A stretch of DNA of 64,000 bases from Candidatus Krumholzibacteriia bacterium (GTDB lineage Bacteria; Krumholzibacteriota; Krumholzibacteriia; LZORAL124-64-63), in contig JBFXKG010000001.1 in assembly GCA_050174015.1 (NCBI GenBank), positions 224,404-288,403 of the forward strand, written 5' to 3'. This document shows positions 21,091 to 31,222 of this stretch, in pieces. The first letter of the stretch is position 1. Each line of letters starts with the position of its first letter. The notes below the pieces were generated by a model. The model worked only from the letters and a program-made list of their open reading frames with translations. It did not search any database and was not told the DNA's origin. The translations under genes were made by a program, and so were the position numbers.

Positions 21091-22611
21091 TCAGTCCTCC
21101 TGCGGTTCCCGGCCTCCCACCAGTCTCACCGCCCGGATCAGGGCGCTGGCCTTGTCCAGCGTCTCCCGGTACTCCGCGGCCGGATCCGAATCGGCCGTCA
21201 CCGCTCCTCCGACCCCGAAGTAGGCCCGGCCGCCGGTGCAGACGGCGGTGCGGATCACCATGGCCAGGTCCAGGCCGCCGCTCCGGTCCAGGAAACCCAG
21301 GGCTCCGGCGTAGAGGCCCCGGGCCACGGGCTCCAGCTCGGAGATCACCTTCATGGCCTCGATCTTGGGGGCGCCGGTCATCGATCCGCCGGGAAAACAG
21401 GCCCGGACCAGGTCCAGGGCGTCGCGGTCGGGCCGCAGCCGGCCCCTCACCGTGGAGACCAGCTGGTGGACGGTGGGATAGGACTCCACGACGCAGAGCT
21501 CGGGAACCCTGACGCTCCCGGTCGTGCAGACCCTGCCCAGGTCGTTGCGCGCCAGGTCGACGATCATCACGTTCTCGGCGCGGTCCTTGGGACTGGCGGC
21601 CAGCCGCCGGCGAAGCCGCCGGTCCTCGAGGGCCGTCCTTCCCCGGGGCGCGGTCCCCTTGATGGGGCGGGTCTCGGCGATTCCGTTCTCGTCCAGCTTC
21701 AGGAACCTCTCCGGCGAGGCGCTGACGACCTCCAGGTCCCCGCAACGGAAGTAGGCGGCGAAGGGCGCGGGATTGTTGGATCGCAGAACCCGGTAGAGAT
21801 CCCAGCCCGTTCCCTTCAGGGCCATGTCAAGACGCTGGGTCAGGCAGACCTCGAAGATCCGTCCGGCCAGGATGGCCTGCCGGCAACGCGCGACGGCGTC
21901 CGCGTACTGGTGCGGGGACATCTGGGCGTGGACGTCTCCGCCGAGTTCGCCGTCCGCCCCCTCGAGGCGGACCGGCGGGCGCAACGGCCCCTTCCCCGCA
22001 CAGCCGACCTCCATGGCGTCCAGGGCGTCCTGCGCAGTCCGTCGGGCCTCAGCCGGGCCGGTTCCCCTGCCGGTCGCCCACAGGGTCGCCCTCCCGGTTT
22101 GGCGGTCCACGGCGAGGATCCGGTCGGCCACCATGACGATCAGGTCGGGCAGGTCCAGGTCGTCCGGCGGCCCGGGCCGGAGGTCTTCCACCGCGTGCGC
22201 CAGGCCGTAACCGAAGCATCCGACCAGGCCGCCGGTGAAGGGGGGGCGGTCTCCGGGAAGAGCCGGGGGATCAACACCGTAGGCGGACTGGAGGTCGCGG
22301 AGGGCTTCCAGAGGGTCGCCCAGCCAGCTCCGGACGGGGGAACCTGACGGGTTCCGGCCCAGCGGGTCCCGCAGGGTCCTGAGGTTCAGCCGGAAGTCGC
22401 CTGCCGTCCGGCGGGCCGTCAGGATCGCCGCCGGATCGCTGCCCGCGAAGGTCCACCGGCCGGGGAAGGGACGGTCGCCGGGGGACCCGCAGGAGGGCGC
22501 GCTCTCGAGGAGGAAGCAGGCCGACGATGGCCCGGTCGCCGAGTCGGCCCAGCGGTCTCCGGGGTCGGGGACTCCGGGGGGCAACGTTCTGGTCAGCGTC
22601 ACCGTGGCCAA
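21091..22611 (-). CDS. pabB: Aminodeoxychorismate synthase component I / anthranilate synthase component I family
   Basis: FLLESA, NPAPFAAY, SASPERFL, TRPIKGT, KDRAENVMIVDLARNDLGRV, FPGGSMTGAPK and GGAVTADS. The PIKGT motif favours PabB. TTG start is uncertain. Confidence 0.85.
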   Translation of the reverse strand: MATVTLTRTLPPGVPDPGDRWADSATGPSSACFLLESAPSCGSPGDRPFPGRWTFAGSDPAAILTARRTAGDFRLNLRTLRDPLGRNPSGSPVRSWLGDPLEALRDLQSAYGVDPPALPGDRPPFTGGLVGCFGYGLAHAVEDLRPGPPDDLDLPDLIVMVADRILAVDRQTGRATLWATGRGTGPAEARRTAQDALDAMEVGCAGKGPLRPPVRLEGADGELGGDVHAQMSPHQYADAVARCRQAILAGRIFEVCLTQRLDMALKGTGWDLYRVLRSNNPAPFAAYFRCGDLEVVSASPERFLKLDENGIAETRPIKGTAPRGRTALEDRRLRRRLAASPKDRAENVMIVDLARNDLGRVCTTGSVRVPELCVVESYPTVHQLVSTVRGRLRPDRDALDLVRACFPGGSMTGAPKIEAMKVISELEPVARGLYAGALGFLDRSGGLDLAMVIRTAVCTGGRAYFGVGGAVTADSDPAAEYRETLDKASALIRAVRLVGGREPQED

Positions 22612-22832
22612 TGGAAACCGCTTTCGCCTGGGATCGACGACCGGTCTTGATGGCCGCGAGTCCCGTTTTTCCCGGAGAATTCCCCAGCGGTCCGAGTAGG
22701 GCTGGAAATGGAGACCGCTCTGGAGTAGGCTGGGAGCGATTGTCCTACCCGAAGCCTATCGGATGCAACCCGAGATGACGTCCACCATGATCTTCGACCC
22801 GCATCGCTCCTGGTTCCACCTTCCGGCCCTGG

Positions 22833-23597
22833 TCATGCTGGCGGCGGCGGATTGATCCGTTCCCCGCACCTGCGGAGCATGTCCGCCAGCCTGGGCCCCA
22901 GTTTCCGGGTGTGGGTTCCCTCCCAGTAGAGCTTTCCGCAGCCGGTGCACCGGCGATATTCGTCCAGCCAGGCAGAGGTCAGCGGCGGAATGCGGTCGGC
23001 GACATCGGACTTGGCCACCGGAACGATCTCCCCGTTGCAGTGGCTGCAACGGCCGAACAGCTTCGCCCTGCCGGCCAGCCCGAACCGGAGGATGACGGCC
23101 TCCGCCTGGAGGAACGGGTCGTCCTCGCGAATCAGCATTGCGCGATCCAGGGTCCTGCGCTTGAGCAGGGCCCGATGGCCCGAAAGCACCGTTCGTTTCC
23201 CGACCAGACAGCGCCGGGCAACCTCCGCTTCGGTCCAGTCGGGATCATGGAGCGTGTCGAACCCCAGCATCCGCAGCAACCGGGCAAGCCGGCCCAGGTG
23301 ACGGTCGCAGAGGAAGCGGGGATCCTGGAGGGCGAAGGGTGTGACCGGGTTGACGACCGCCCGGCAGCCGTCTCCGACCGGACGGTCGAGGCCGTCCAGG
23401 TCGCCGATCACCGAGCCCACCTCGCAGTGGGGCACGCCCAGCGACTCGACCACGTCCTTGAGGGTGGCCGTCCCGGCCAGGTCGGCCTCCACCCTCAGGC
23501 GATCACCCGCAGGTGAAGGCGCCGTCGGCCAGGGGCGGCGTCCGGTCCGGACCAGCGGGACCAGATCGCCCATGAAAACGATCTCCATCTTCAACAT
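22833..23597 (-). CDS. Mut7-C RNase domain protein (N-terminal ubiquitin-like domain plus PIN/Zn ribbon)
   Basis: TLKDVVESLGVPHCEV, RFLCDRHLGRLARLLRMLGFDT, RCSHCNG and C..CGKLYWEGTH. Confidence 0.92.
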   Translation of the reverse strand: MLKMEIVFMGDLVPLVRTGRRPWPTAPSPAGDRLRVEADLAGTATLKDVVESLGVPHCEVGSVIGDLDGLDRPVGDGCRAVVNPVTPFALQDPRFLCDRHLGRLARLLRMLGFDTLHDPDWTEAEVARRCLVGKRTVLSGHRALLKRRTLDRAMLIREDDPFLQAEAVILRFGLAGRAKLFGRCSHCNGEIVPVAKSDVADRIPPLTSAWLDEYRRCTGCGKLYWEGTHTRKLGPRLADMLRRCGERINPPPPA

Positions 23598-23630
23598 GGC
23601 CGGATTCTAACACAAAACCGGGCATTGTCG

Positions 23631-23660
23631 TTGACACCGGACTCCGCCAGGGGCTAGTTT
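23631..23660 (+). promoter_or_regulatory. Sigma70-like promoter for the CTD/TBDR/PorV operon
   Basis: TTGACA (23631), 18-bp spacer, TAGTTT (23655). Confidence 0.5.
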
Positions 23661-23791
23661 TCCCTCCACCAAAACCGCTGACCGGGCTCCCCCGGGGGTC
23701 CGGTTCCGTTTCCCCGACCGCGGCTGCGGCGCCGTCCCCCACCTGCGCCGCCAATCCGGTCACTGGTTCGTCCCGCCTGCGGAGATTTGCG

Positions 23792-25765
23792 TTGCGCAGC
23801 AGCCCATTCCAGATCCGCCTTCTCGTCGCCGGACTCATCCTGCTGTCCGGAGCGACCGGATCATGGGCCTCCCCCCGCTCGGACATGTACACCAACGTCG
23901 GGATCATCGGCCTGACGGTGACCAACCTGGGCTACGTGGGCAACGGCTTCGTCAGTCCCTACCAGCCCTCGGGGGAATACCCCCTGAACTCCAACGTGGA
24001 GCACTTCTTCCTGGGCGGGATCTGGGTGGGAGCGGTCACCCCCGACGGCAACATCCACGTGTCGACCGGGGCCCAGGACGCCTCGAACCTGGTGGCCGGC
24101 GACGAGATCAGGGAATTCGTGGACGACTCCTCGGAGCCGGTCCTGATCTGGTCCAACAGCCAGAACAGCGACAACTTCCACCCCGACGCCCTGGCCACGC
24201 AGCACATCCAGGTGGCCTTCAACGACTACGCGACCGTCGAGTCGGGCAACCACCGGCCCCTGGGGCTGAAGGTCGTCCTGCGGGCCCTGGCGTGGGGCAG
24301 TCCCTACGCCGACGACTTCGTGATCCTGGACTACGCCGTCATCAACATCTCGGGCAACGAACTGCGCGATCTCTACGTCGGCTTCTGGAACGACACCACC
24401 ATCGGCAACACCGAGAACACCAACCCCTACGACAGCCAGGCCGCCCAGGGCTGGAACTACTACGACGATTCCAACGGCGGCTGGGGACCTCCCGGCTACG
24501 GGATTCCGCCGGAATACGTGCCCGAGGGCGACGACAAGATCTGGATGATGTACGAGTACGACGCCGACGGGGACGAGGGCCTGGCCACCAGCTGGATCGG
24601 CTGTCGCCTGCTGGGGTCCGATCCTCCGGTCGCGGATATCGAAGGGGTACCGCCGGTCAGCTACAACGCCTGGGCGTTCCGCCGCGTCCCGGCCCAGGAC
24701 GACGAATACTATGCCGAGGACGACGTCGATCAGGAAACCCTGCTTCCGGGCAAGTACCAGATCATGGGCAACGGAGCCTTCACCGTGGGGGAAACCCAGG
24801 AGACGGACTACACCATCCCCTTCGACTGGGTGGGCCTGCTCTCCACCGGGCCGTTCCCCAACCTCGCCCCCGACGACACCCTTCACGTGACCTTCGCCAT
24901 CGTGTGCGGCCCCGATTCCCTGGGTCTGCTGGACAACAGCAAGGTCGCCCAGCTGGCCTACGACGACGGCTTCGCGCTGCCCGGCGGTCCGCCCTCGCCC
25001 GTGCTGGGGTTCGACTACCGGGACGATTCGGTGATCCTCAGCTGGGCGCCCGGCGATTCGCTCGACGCCCAGGGCCAGGATCTCCCCGCCGACAGCCCCT
25101 TGAGGTCGCCGGAATTCCACATCTCGACCACCACCGGCAGCCCGGACTTCCAGGGCTACCGCATCTACCGCTACCAGGGCTCGGTGATCAGCGAGGATCC
25201 CTACTCCATCGCCACCCTGGTCGCCCAGTTCGACCGGATCGACGGCATCGGGTTCGACACCGGCCTGCCGCCGCTGAACGCCGAGGGGCGGCGCGAGTTC
25301 GTCGACACGGGGCTGCTGGACGGGTTCCCCTACTGGTACTCGGTGGTCTCCTTCAGCGCTCCCGATCTCGAGGAGGGCCTGCCCGAGTTCCAGAGCGGCT
25401 TCAACGAGAACGCCCAGCTGGTCTATCCGGGACCCGCCCCCGCCGGCGCGGACAACCCGCGCACCATCGGCGTCTACCCCAATCCCTACCGGGCCGCCTC
25501 GATGTTCGACAACCGGAGCGGCGAGCCCGAGCTCGGCCGCAAGATCTGGTTCACCGGCCTGCCGCCCCGCTGCACCATCCAGGTCTGCAACCTGGTGGGC
25601 GAGGTGGTCAAGACCCTGCACCACGACGATCCCGCCAGCGGCCAGCTGGCGTGGGATCTGCTGAGCGAGCCGGTGCGGGCCATCGCCTCCGGCCTCTACG
25701 TGTACGTGGTCGAGGACCTGGAAACCGGCGAGATCCAGCGCGGGAAGCTGGTGATCATCAAATGA
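23792..25765 (+). CDS. Secreted acidic protein with Fn3-like region and C-terminal T9SS-CTD/FlgD-Ig-like domain
   Basis: Signal peptide, FQGYRIYR...D.GLLDG..YWYSV, and C-terminal IGVYPNPY...IWFTGLP...GEVVKTL...WDL...IASGLYVYVV...GKLVIIK. The start codon is uncertain. Confidence 0.8.
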   Translation: MRSSPFQIRLLVAGLILLSGATGSWASPRSDMYTNVGIIGLTVTNLGYVGNGFVSPYQPSGEYPLNSNVEHFFLGGIWVGAVTPDGNIHVSTGAQDASNLVAGDEIREFVDDSSEPVLIWSNSQNSDNFHPDALATQHIQVAFNDYATVESGNHRPLGLKVVLRALAWGSPYADDFVILDYAVINISGNELRDLYVGFWNDTTIGNTENTNPYDSQAAQGWNYYDDSNGGWGPPGYGIPPEYVPEGDDKIWMMYEYDADGDEGLATSWIGCRLLGSDPPVADIEGVPPVSYNAWAFRRVPAQDDEYYAEDDVDQETLLPGKYQIMGNGAFTVGETQETDYTIPFDWVGLLSTGPFPNLAPDDTLHVTFAIVCGPDSLGLLDNSKVAQLAYDDGFALPGGPPSPVLGFDYRDDSVILSWAPGDSLDAQGQDLPADSPLRSPEFHISTTTGSPDFQGYRIYRYQGSVISEDPYSIATLVAQFDRIDGIGFDTGLPPLNAEGRREFVDTGLLDGFPYWYSVVSFSAPDLEEGLPEFQSGFNENAQLVYPGPAPAGADNPRTIGVYPNPYRAASMFDNRSGEPELGRKIWFTGLPPRCTIQVCNLVGEVVKTLHHDDPASGQLAWDLLSEPVRAIASGLYVYVVEDLETGEIQRGKLVIIK

Positions 25766-27312
25766 GAGCCAGGCTGCTGCACGCCGCCCTCCTGGGGGCC
25801 CTGATCACCGCCGGGTCCGCCGTCTGGCTGGCCGGATGCGCCGGCAACGATCCCTTCGACCCCTTGTCGGTGGCCAACCGGCCGCCGACCGTGAAGTTCT
25901 TCGTCGGGCCCGTCGCGCCCGGCGGGGACCTGAACCCCACGAGCTACTTCGAGCGGCACTTCTCCTGGAGCGGCACCGACGCCGACGGCTGGGTGACCGA
26001 GTACTACGTCTCGATCCGGGAGCGCGCGGACGAACCCGCGCCCTGGGTCACCACCGCCCGCACCGACACCACGATGACCTTCATCACCGGCGAGGACGGC
26101 ACCAGCGAGGCCACCTTCTACATCGCCTGCCGGGACGACCGCGGAGCCCTCAGCGACACCCTGGTGCAGTATGTGCCCCTGCGCAACTTCCCGCCCGTGG
26201 TGAACTTCCAGTCCGACTTCGATCCCCTGGTCAACATGCAGCGCGAGTTCGTGACGGAGGGGGAGGCGGTGGTCGACACCACCTACTGGAACTGGGGGAT
26301 CTGCAACTTCCGCCTGTTCGTCATCGACCTGGACGGGGCGCGGACCATGGAGGACCACTTCACCTACACCCTGGCCGACGACGATCCGGCGACGGTCTAC
26401 GACCACGACGATCCCCTGGCCGATCCCAACACCGGCTGGATCCGGCAGCCCTTCCCCGATCTGGTCAGCGAGGTCCGGCTGTTCGAGGTCTCGATAAGGA
26501 ACGCGGCGCCCGGTCCGCGCACCCTGCGCGTGAGGGTGGCGGACGAGGCCGCCGGCGAGGCGGAGTTCACCTACGCCTGGGAGGTCCGCGAGCCGCGGGG
26601 CAGCGCCCTCTACGTCTTCGACAACACCTCCACGTCGGGGCGGGCCTTCTACCGCGCCTTCATGGACGAGTACTTCGGCCCCGGGAGCTGGGACGTCTAC
26701 GATTTCTGGTACGGATTCCCGGACCGGGCGAGCATCCTGCTGGACACCCTGCGGAAGTTCGACCTGATCGTCTGGACCGACGGCGGTTCGAACAGCAACA
26801 TCCTCGTCACCGCCGCAGCCCGGGACGGGACCCTGCAGAAGTACGTCCAGGGGTCCGACGGAGCCGATCCCGGCAAGCTGCTGCTGATCACCAAGGCGGT
26901 CTGCGGCGGAGGGTCGCGCCTGCCCGTGGTCTTCATCCAGAGCGTCCTGGGCATCAGTCCCACTCCCGCTCCGCCGGCCGCCTTCGGGGGGATCGACGGC
27001 AAGCAGGCCCTGGGCCTGTTCCCGGAACTGCCGGCGATGACCGCCGTGGGGACCGGCGAGGTGGGCATCGGCCTGGTGCCCCTCAGCGGGACGGAGGAGC
27101 TCTACCGGATGGAATACTGCGAGGATTGCTACGGCGATCCTCGGCGGCCCCGCCCTCCCTACGACCCGGTGATCGCGGTGCGGCGGCCGGCGCGCGCCTC
27201 GGGGAACGCCTCGGTGGTCACCGTGGGCCTGATGCTCGACCAGTTCGACGGCGCGGAAGTCCGCGCCGCCCTGGCCGCCCTGATCGAAGGCGAGATGGGG
27301 GTGACGCCGTGA
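25762..27312 (+). CDS. Lipoprotein of unknown function (N-terminal Ig-like domain)
   Basis: ATGA overlap with the upstream stop, lipobox LAG-C, and NRPPT...FSWSGTDADGWV..Y...F...RDDRGA. Confidence 0.8.
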   Translation: MRARLLHAALLGALITAGSAVWLAGCAGNDPFDPLSVANRPPTVKFFVGPVAPGGDLNPTSYFERHFSWSGTDADGWVTEYYVSIRERADEPAPWVTTARTDTTMTFITGEDGTSEATFYIACRDDRGALSDTLVQYVPLRNFPPVVNFQSDFDPLVNMQREFVTEGEAVVDTTYWNWGICNFRLFVIDLDGARTMEDHFTYTLADDDPATVYDHDDPLADPNTGWIRQPFPDLVSEVRLFEVSIRNAAPGPRTLRVRVADEAAGEAEFTYAWEVREPRGSALYVFDNTSTSGRAFYRAFMDEYFGPGSWDVYDFWYGFPDRASILLDTLRKFDLIVWTDGGSNSNILVTAAARDGTLQKYVQGSDGADPGKLLLITKAVCGGGSRLPVVFIQSVLGISPTPAPPAAFGGIDGKQALGLFPELPAMTAVGTGEVGIGLVPLSGTEELYRMEYCEDCYGDPRRPRPPYDPVIAVRRPARASGNASVVTVGLMLDQFDGAEVRAALAALIEGEMGVTP

Positions 27313-30167
27313 AGCGGGCCGTCATCCTGGTGGGCTGTCTGGCCCTGCTGGCGGCGGCGCCCGCGCCGGCGATCGCCCAGACGCAGGTCCAGGCCGAGGC
27401 TCCGGCTCCGGCCGGGCCGGCGACCGTCAAGGGACGCATCTTCGACGCGGAATCCGGCGAATCCATGCCCTACACCAACGTCTTCGTCGCGGGCACCAAC
27501 ATCGGCACCATGGCCTTCACCGACGGCTTCTACATCATCAAGGGGCTGAGGCCGGGCACCTACACCCTCCGGGCCTCGTACATCAGCTACGGCATCGGCG
27601 AGAAGACCGTCACCCTGAAGCCGGGCGAGGTCCTGAACCTCGACTTCCACCTGGACGTCCAGGCCATCCTAGTCGACCCGTTCGAGGTCGCCGCCGAACG
27701 CGCCCTCATCGAGGTCGACCGCACAGGCAGCGCCCACTTCCTGAGCAGCCGGCAGATGGACGCCATGCCGCTGGACCAGGTGGTGGACATGATCGCCCAG
27801 CAGCCGGGCGTCACCCTCCAGGACAACGCCATCCACATCCGCGGCGGGCGGGCGGACGACACCATGTTCGTCGTCGACGGCATGAACGTGAACGATCCCC
27901 TGGCGGGCGGCGGCTACGGCTACCAGATCGATCCCTCCATCATCAACGAGATCGAGGTGCTCACCGGGGGCTTCAATGCCGAATACGGTCAGGCGGTCAG
28001 CGGGGTGGTCAAGGTCACGACCAAGGAGGGCAGCGACCGCTTCGAGGGTCAGGCCAGCTTCAAGCGCGACTACCTGTTCGAGACGGTGGACAAGAAGGAA
28101 AAGGTCGATTGGCGCGACCTGACGGACTTCACCGAGGCCAGCAACATCGACATCGTGAAGCTGAACATGTCCGGCCCCGACCCCTTCAGCGGCGCCCTGG
28201 CGAAGATGGGCCTGAAGCTGCCCGGCACCCAGTACCTGCTCGCCAGCGGATCGATGGACATCCGCGACGGCCACCTGCCCATCTACAGCCGGACGAACCG
28301 GCTCGAATCGCCGATCTACACCCAGGACTTCTGGTCCCCGCGGCAGACGAACGACTGGAACGGCCTGGTGAAATGGACCTGGAACATCACGCCGTCCCAC
28401 AAGCTGAGCATCAACACGAGCCGGCAGGTGGCCATCAGCCAGGGCTTCGGCCTGCCCGGGGAAGGTTATCCGCGGCCGTTCCTCGACAATCTCGACCAGT
28501 TCCTGGTGTTCACCAACGAGAACATCCTGAGCCAGATCTACTACCGGCAGGTGCTGGGGGAGAACTCCTGGTACGAGCTGACCCTGGGCCGCAACTTCAA
28601 CCGGCAGCACGTCAACGTCAACGGCAACGACGACTTCACGACCTACGGGCCGATCAACGCCCCCCCGATCCCGACCAGCCAGGCCTTCGGCAGCGCCGAC
28701 CGCTGGCACGACCACTACACAGAGGCCTACACCTTCAAGGGCGCCTACTCCTTCATGGGCGCGGGCAACAACACGTTCAAGACGGGCCTGGACCTCTCCT
28801 TCACCGAGATGCAGCTGGTCGACCTCCAGTCCTCCCTGGGGTCGCCGCCCCCGGGCAAGCTCGGCATCAAGGAGGACATCTTCAGCGCCCATCCCATCAC
28901 CGGGGCGGCCTACTTCCAGGACACGCTGGACTACCGGGGCCTGATCGTGAACGCCGGCATCCGCGCCGACATGTGGGCGCCCGGCCGCGAGGTCGAGCGG
29001 GTGATGGCCGACTACCAGGACTACCTCTTCATCTACGAGGACATGACCACGGAATTCCAGGAGAAGACGACGGGGCTCCTGGGCCGGCGCTGGAAGATGC
29101 GGCTCTCGCCGCGGCTGGGACTCAGCTTCCCGGTCACCGAGCGGGACAAGTTCTTCTTCAACTACGGCCACTTCAGCCAGTGGCCCCGGTTCGCCTACGT
29201 CTATCCCCAGCTCGAGGCCCAGACCGCCACCGAGGTGCAGCTGCTGGGCAACCCGAACCTGGACCCCAAGGTCACCGTCGAGTACGAGACCGGCATCCAG
29301 CACGAGTTCGGCGGCCTGTGGAGCATGGGCCTGACCTTCTTCAACCGCGACATCTACGATTACGCCAAGAGCGTGAGCCTGGGTTCGGTGGACATCGGCG
29401 CCGACGAGACGCCCGACCCCAACGACTCGGGCACCGTGACCATCCAGCCGGTGCGGTACTTCAACGGGGATTCGGCGCGGAGCCTGGGCATCGAGCTGAG
29501 CGTGATCAAGCGGACCACGAAGTGGCTGAGCGGCTCGGCCAACTTCGAGCTGCAGCGGTCCACCGGCACCAACAGCAACGCCGACGAGGCCTACCTCCAG
29601 GCGATCTACGACGAGGCCTACACGCCGACGGCGAGCATCGGCGGACTGGCGCGCAGTCCCCTGATCTGGGACAAGCCCTGGGCCGTCAGCCTGAATCTGG
29701 ACTTCACGGTCATGGAGAAGGACCGCCCGCGGCTGCTGGGGTGGACCCTGCCTCCCAACTGGAGCGTGAACGTCCTGGCCAGCGCGGAGGCCGGCCAGCG
29801 CTACACCCCCCGCATCTACAACGGCCCCGGCGATTACGTCTACGGCGACTTCAACAGCGAGACCGGACCCTACAAGAGCACGGTGAACCTGCGCGTGAAC
29901 AAGTTCTGGAAGTTCGGGAACCACCGGAAGGTCACCATGTACGTCGAGGTCCGGAACCTGTTCAACCACAAGGATTACCGGCGAATCAACCCCTGGACCG
30001 GCGACGGCTACCAGGTGGGGAACTATGACCCGAGCTGGACCGACCGCTGGTCGACCGAAGAGGATCCCCTGACCACCGACAGCGAGGAATACGCCAAGGG
30101 CGTCGTCGATCCGAGCTACATCGAGAATCCGCGACTCGTTCTCTGGGGGATGAGCTACTCATGGTAG
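27309..30167 (+). CDS. TonB-dependent receptor with N-terminal carboxypeptidase-regulatory-like domain
   Basis: GTGA overlap, signal peptide, VKGRIFDAESGE..PYTNV, IHIRGGR, IEVLTGGFNAEYGQAVSGVV, SPRLGLSFPVT, GNPNLDP..TVEYE, and terminal aromatic residue (MSYSW). Confidence 0.93.
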   Translation: MKRAVILVGCLALLAAAPAPAIAQTQVQAEAPAPAGPATVKGRIFDAESGESMPYTNVFVAGTNIGTMAFTDGFYIIKGLRPGTYTLRASYISYGIGEKTVTLKPGEVLNLDFHLDVQAILVDPFEVAAERALIEVDRTGSAHFLSSRQMDAMPLDQVVDMIAQQPGVTLQDNAIHIRGGRADDTMFVVDGMNVNDPLAGGGYGYQIDPSIINEIEVLTGGFNAEYGQAVSGVVKVTTKEGSDRFEGQASFKRDYLFETVDKKEKVDWRDLTDFTEASNIDIVKLNMSGPDPFSGALAKMGLKLPGTQYLLASGSMDIRDGHLPIYSRTNRLESPIYTQDFWSPRQTNDWNGLVKWTWNITPSHKLSINTSRQVAISQGFGLPGEGYPRPFLDNLDQFLVFTNENILSQIYYRQVLGENSWYELTLGRNFNRQHVNVNGNDDFTTYGPINAPPIPTSQAFGSADRWHDHYTEAYTFKGAYSFMGAGNNTFKTGLDLSFTEMQLVDLQSSLGSPPPGKLGIKEDIFSAHPITGAAYFQDTLDYRGLIVNAGIRADMWAPGREVERVMADYQDYLFIYEDMTTEFQEKTTGLLGRRWKMRLSPRLGLSFPVTERDKFFFNYGHFSQWPRFAYVYPQLEAQTATEVQLLGNPNLDPKVTVEYETGIQHEFGGLWSMGLTFFNRDIYDYAKSVSLGSVDIGADETPDPNDSGTVTIQPVRYFNGDSARSLGIELSVIKRTTKWLSGSANFELQRSTGTNSNADEAYLQAIYDEAYTPTASIGGLARSPLIWDKPWAVSLNLDFTVMEKDRPRLLGWTLPPNWSVNVLASAEAGQRYTPRIYNGPGDYVYGDFNSETGPYKSTVNLRVNKFWKFGNHRKVTMYVEVRNLFNHKDYRRINPWTGDGYQVGNYDPSWTDRWSTEEDPLTTDSEEYAKGVVDPSYIENPRLVLWGMSYSW

Positions 30168-31222
30168 GGCGCGGAGCGGCAGCACGTTCGGCGATCGCGG
30201 GTCTGGCCCTGCTCCTTTTCGCAGCGGCCGGGACCGCGTCCGCGGGCGACATCATCCGGCTCTACGGCGACGACAACGTCGGCACGGCGGGCGCCCAGTT
30301 CCTGCGCATTCCGGTCGGCGCCAGGGCCGTGGCCATGGGGAAGGCCTACGTGGCGGCCGCCACGGACGCCTCCACCCTGTTCTGGAATCCGGCGGGAGTG
30401 ATGCGCACACCCGGCCGGGTGAACTACTTCGCCAGCCACGTGGCCTACACCGCCGACATCTCCCTCGATTACCTGTCGGTCCACACACGGCGCCAGAACT
30501 TCGGGTTCGGCCTGAGCATGGGGGTGCTGCGGTCGGGCGACATCCTGCGCACCGACGAGTACCACCAGGAGGGAACCGGCCAGTACTTCAACGCCAACCA
30601 GTTCTTCCTGGCCGGCACCCTGGCGCGGGCCATGACCGACCGGTTCTCCATCGGCGGCAATCTGAAGTACTACCAGGAGAACCTCGACGAGTACCAGATC
30701 AAGGCCCTGCTGGCCGATCTCGGCATCCTGTACCTCGTGGGCTGGCAGGACCTGCGCATCGGCTTTTCCGTGCGCAATTTCGGCAGCGACCTGAAGCCGG
30801 GAGGAACGCCTCCGGCGCTGCCCGACGGCTACGTCGGCGCGGCGGATTTCCAGAGCTTCCCCGCGCCAACCGTCGGTTCCTTCGGGGTGGCCAACACCTG
30901 GATCCTGGGCCCCAACGTCGGCCTGATGACGAGCGCGGACTTCAACCATCCCAGCGACTTCAAGGAGAGCTTCCGGTTCGGCAGCGAACTGGACCTCAGG
31001 AAGATGCTCTTCCTGCGCGCCGGTTACGAGACCAGCCGGGAGGAGGGCGGGTTCGCCGCCGGATTCGGGCTGCAGCTCAAGCGCAAGCAGTTCCTGGTCA
31101 GGGTCGACTACGCCTTCAGCGATCTGGGCAGCTTCGGCACCATCCACCACGTCTCGGTCGATCTTTCCCCCCTGTTCCAGCGCAGGGATCCGGACGCCTG
31201 GCGGCGGAGGGAGGCGCGATGA
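30161..31222 (+). CDS. PorV/PorQ family outer-membrane beta-barrel protein
   Basis: GTAGAQFLRIPVGARAVAMG.AYVA...DASTLFWNPAG, LFLRAGY and RVDYAF..LG signature. Confidence 0.9.
   Translation: MVGRGAAARSAIAGLALLLFAAAGTASAGDIIRLYGDDNVGTAGAQFLRIPVGARAVAMGKAYVAAATDASTLFWNPAGVMRTPGRVNYFASHVAYTADISLDYLSVHTRRQNFGFGLSMGVLRSGDILRTDEYHQEGTGQYFNANQFFLAGTLARAMTDRFSIGGNLKYYQENLDEYQIKALLADLGILYLVGWQDLRIGFSVRNFGSDLKPGGTPPALPDGYVGAADFQSFPAPTVGSFGVANTWILGPNVGLMTSADFNHPSDFKESFRFGSELDLRKMLFLRAGYETSREEGGFAAGFGLQLKRKQFLVRVDYAFSDLGSFGTIHHVSVDLSPLFQRRDPDAWRRREAR

Noticed and set aside
22612..22640. CGCCTGGG as the 3' part of a ZTP (pfl) riboswitch near pabB
   Set aside because: It is on the wrong strand relative to pabB and the 5' aptamer half is not recognisable.
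23863..30167. Track ORFs of 1149 aa and 1443 aa as giant proteins (likewise 43277-46078, 32480-34330, 33433-35196)
   Set aside because: The N-terminal parts are Arg/Pro/Gly-rich off-frame reads of the upstream gene. The real starts are at 25762, 27309, 44621, 33221 and 34327, supported by an RBS or stop-start overlap.
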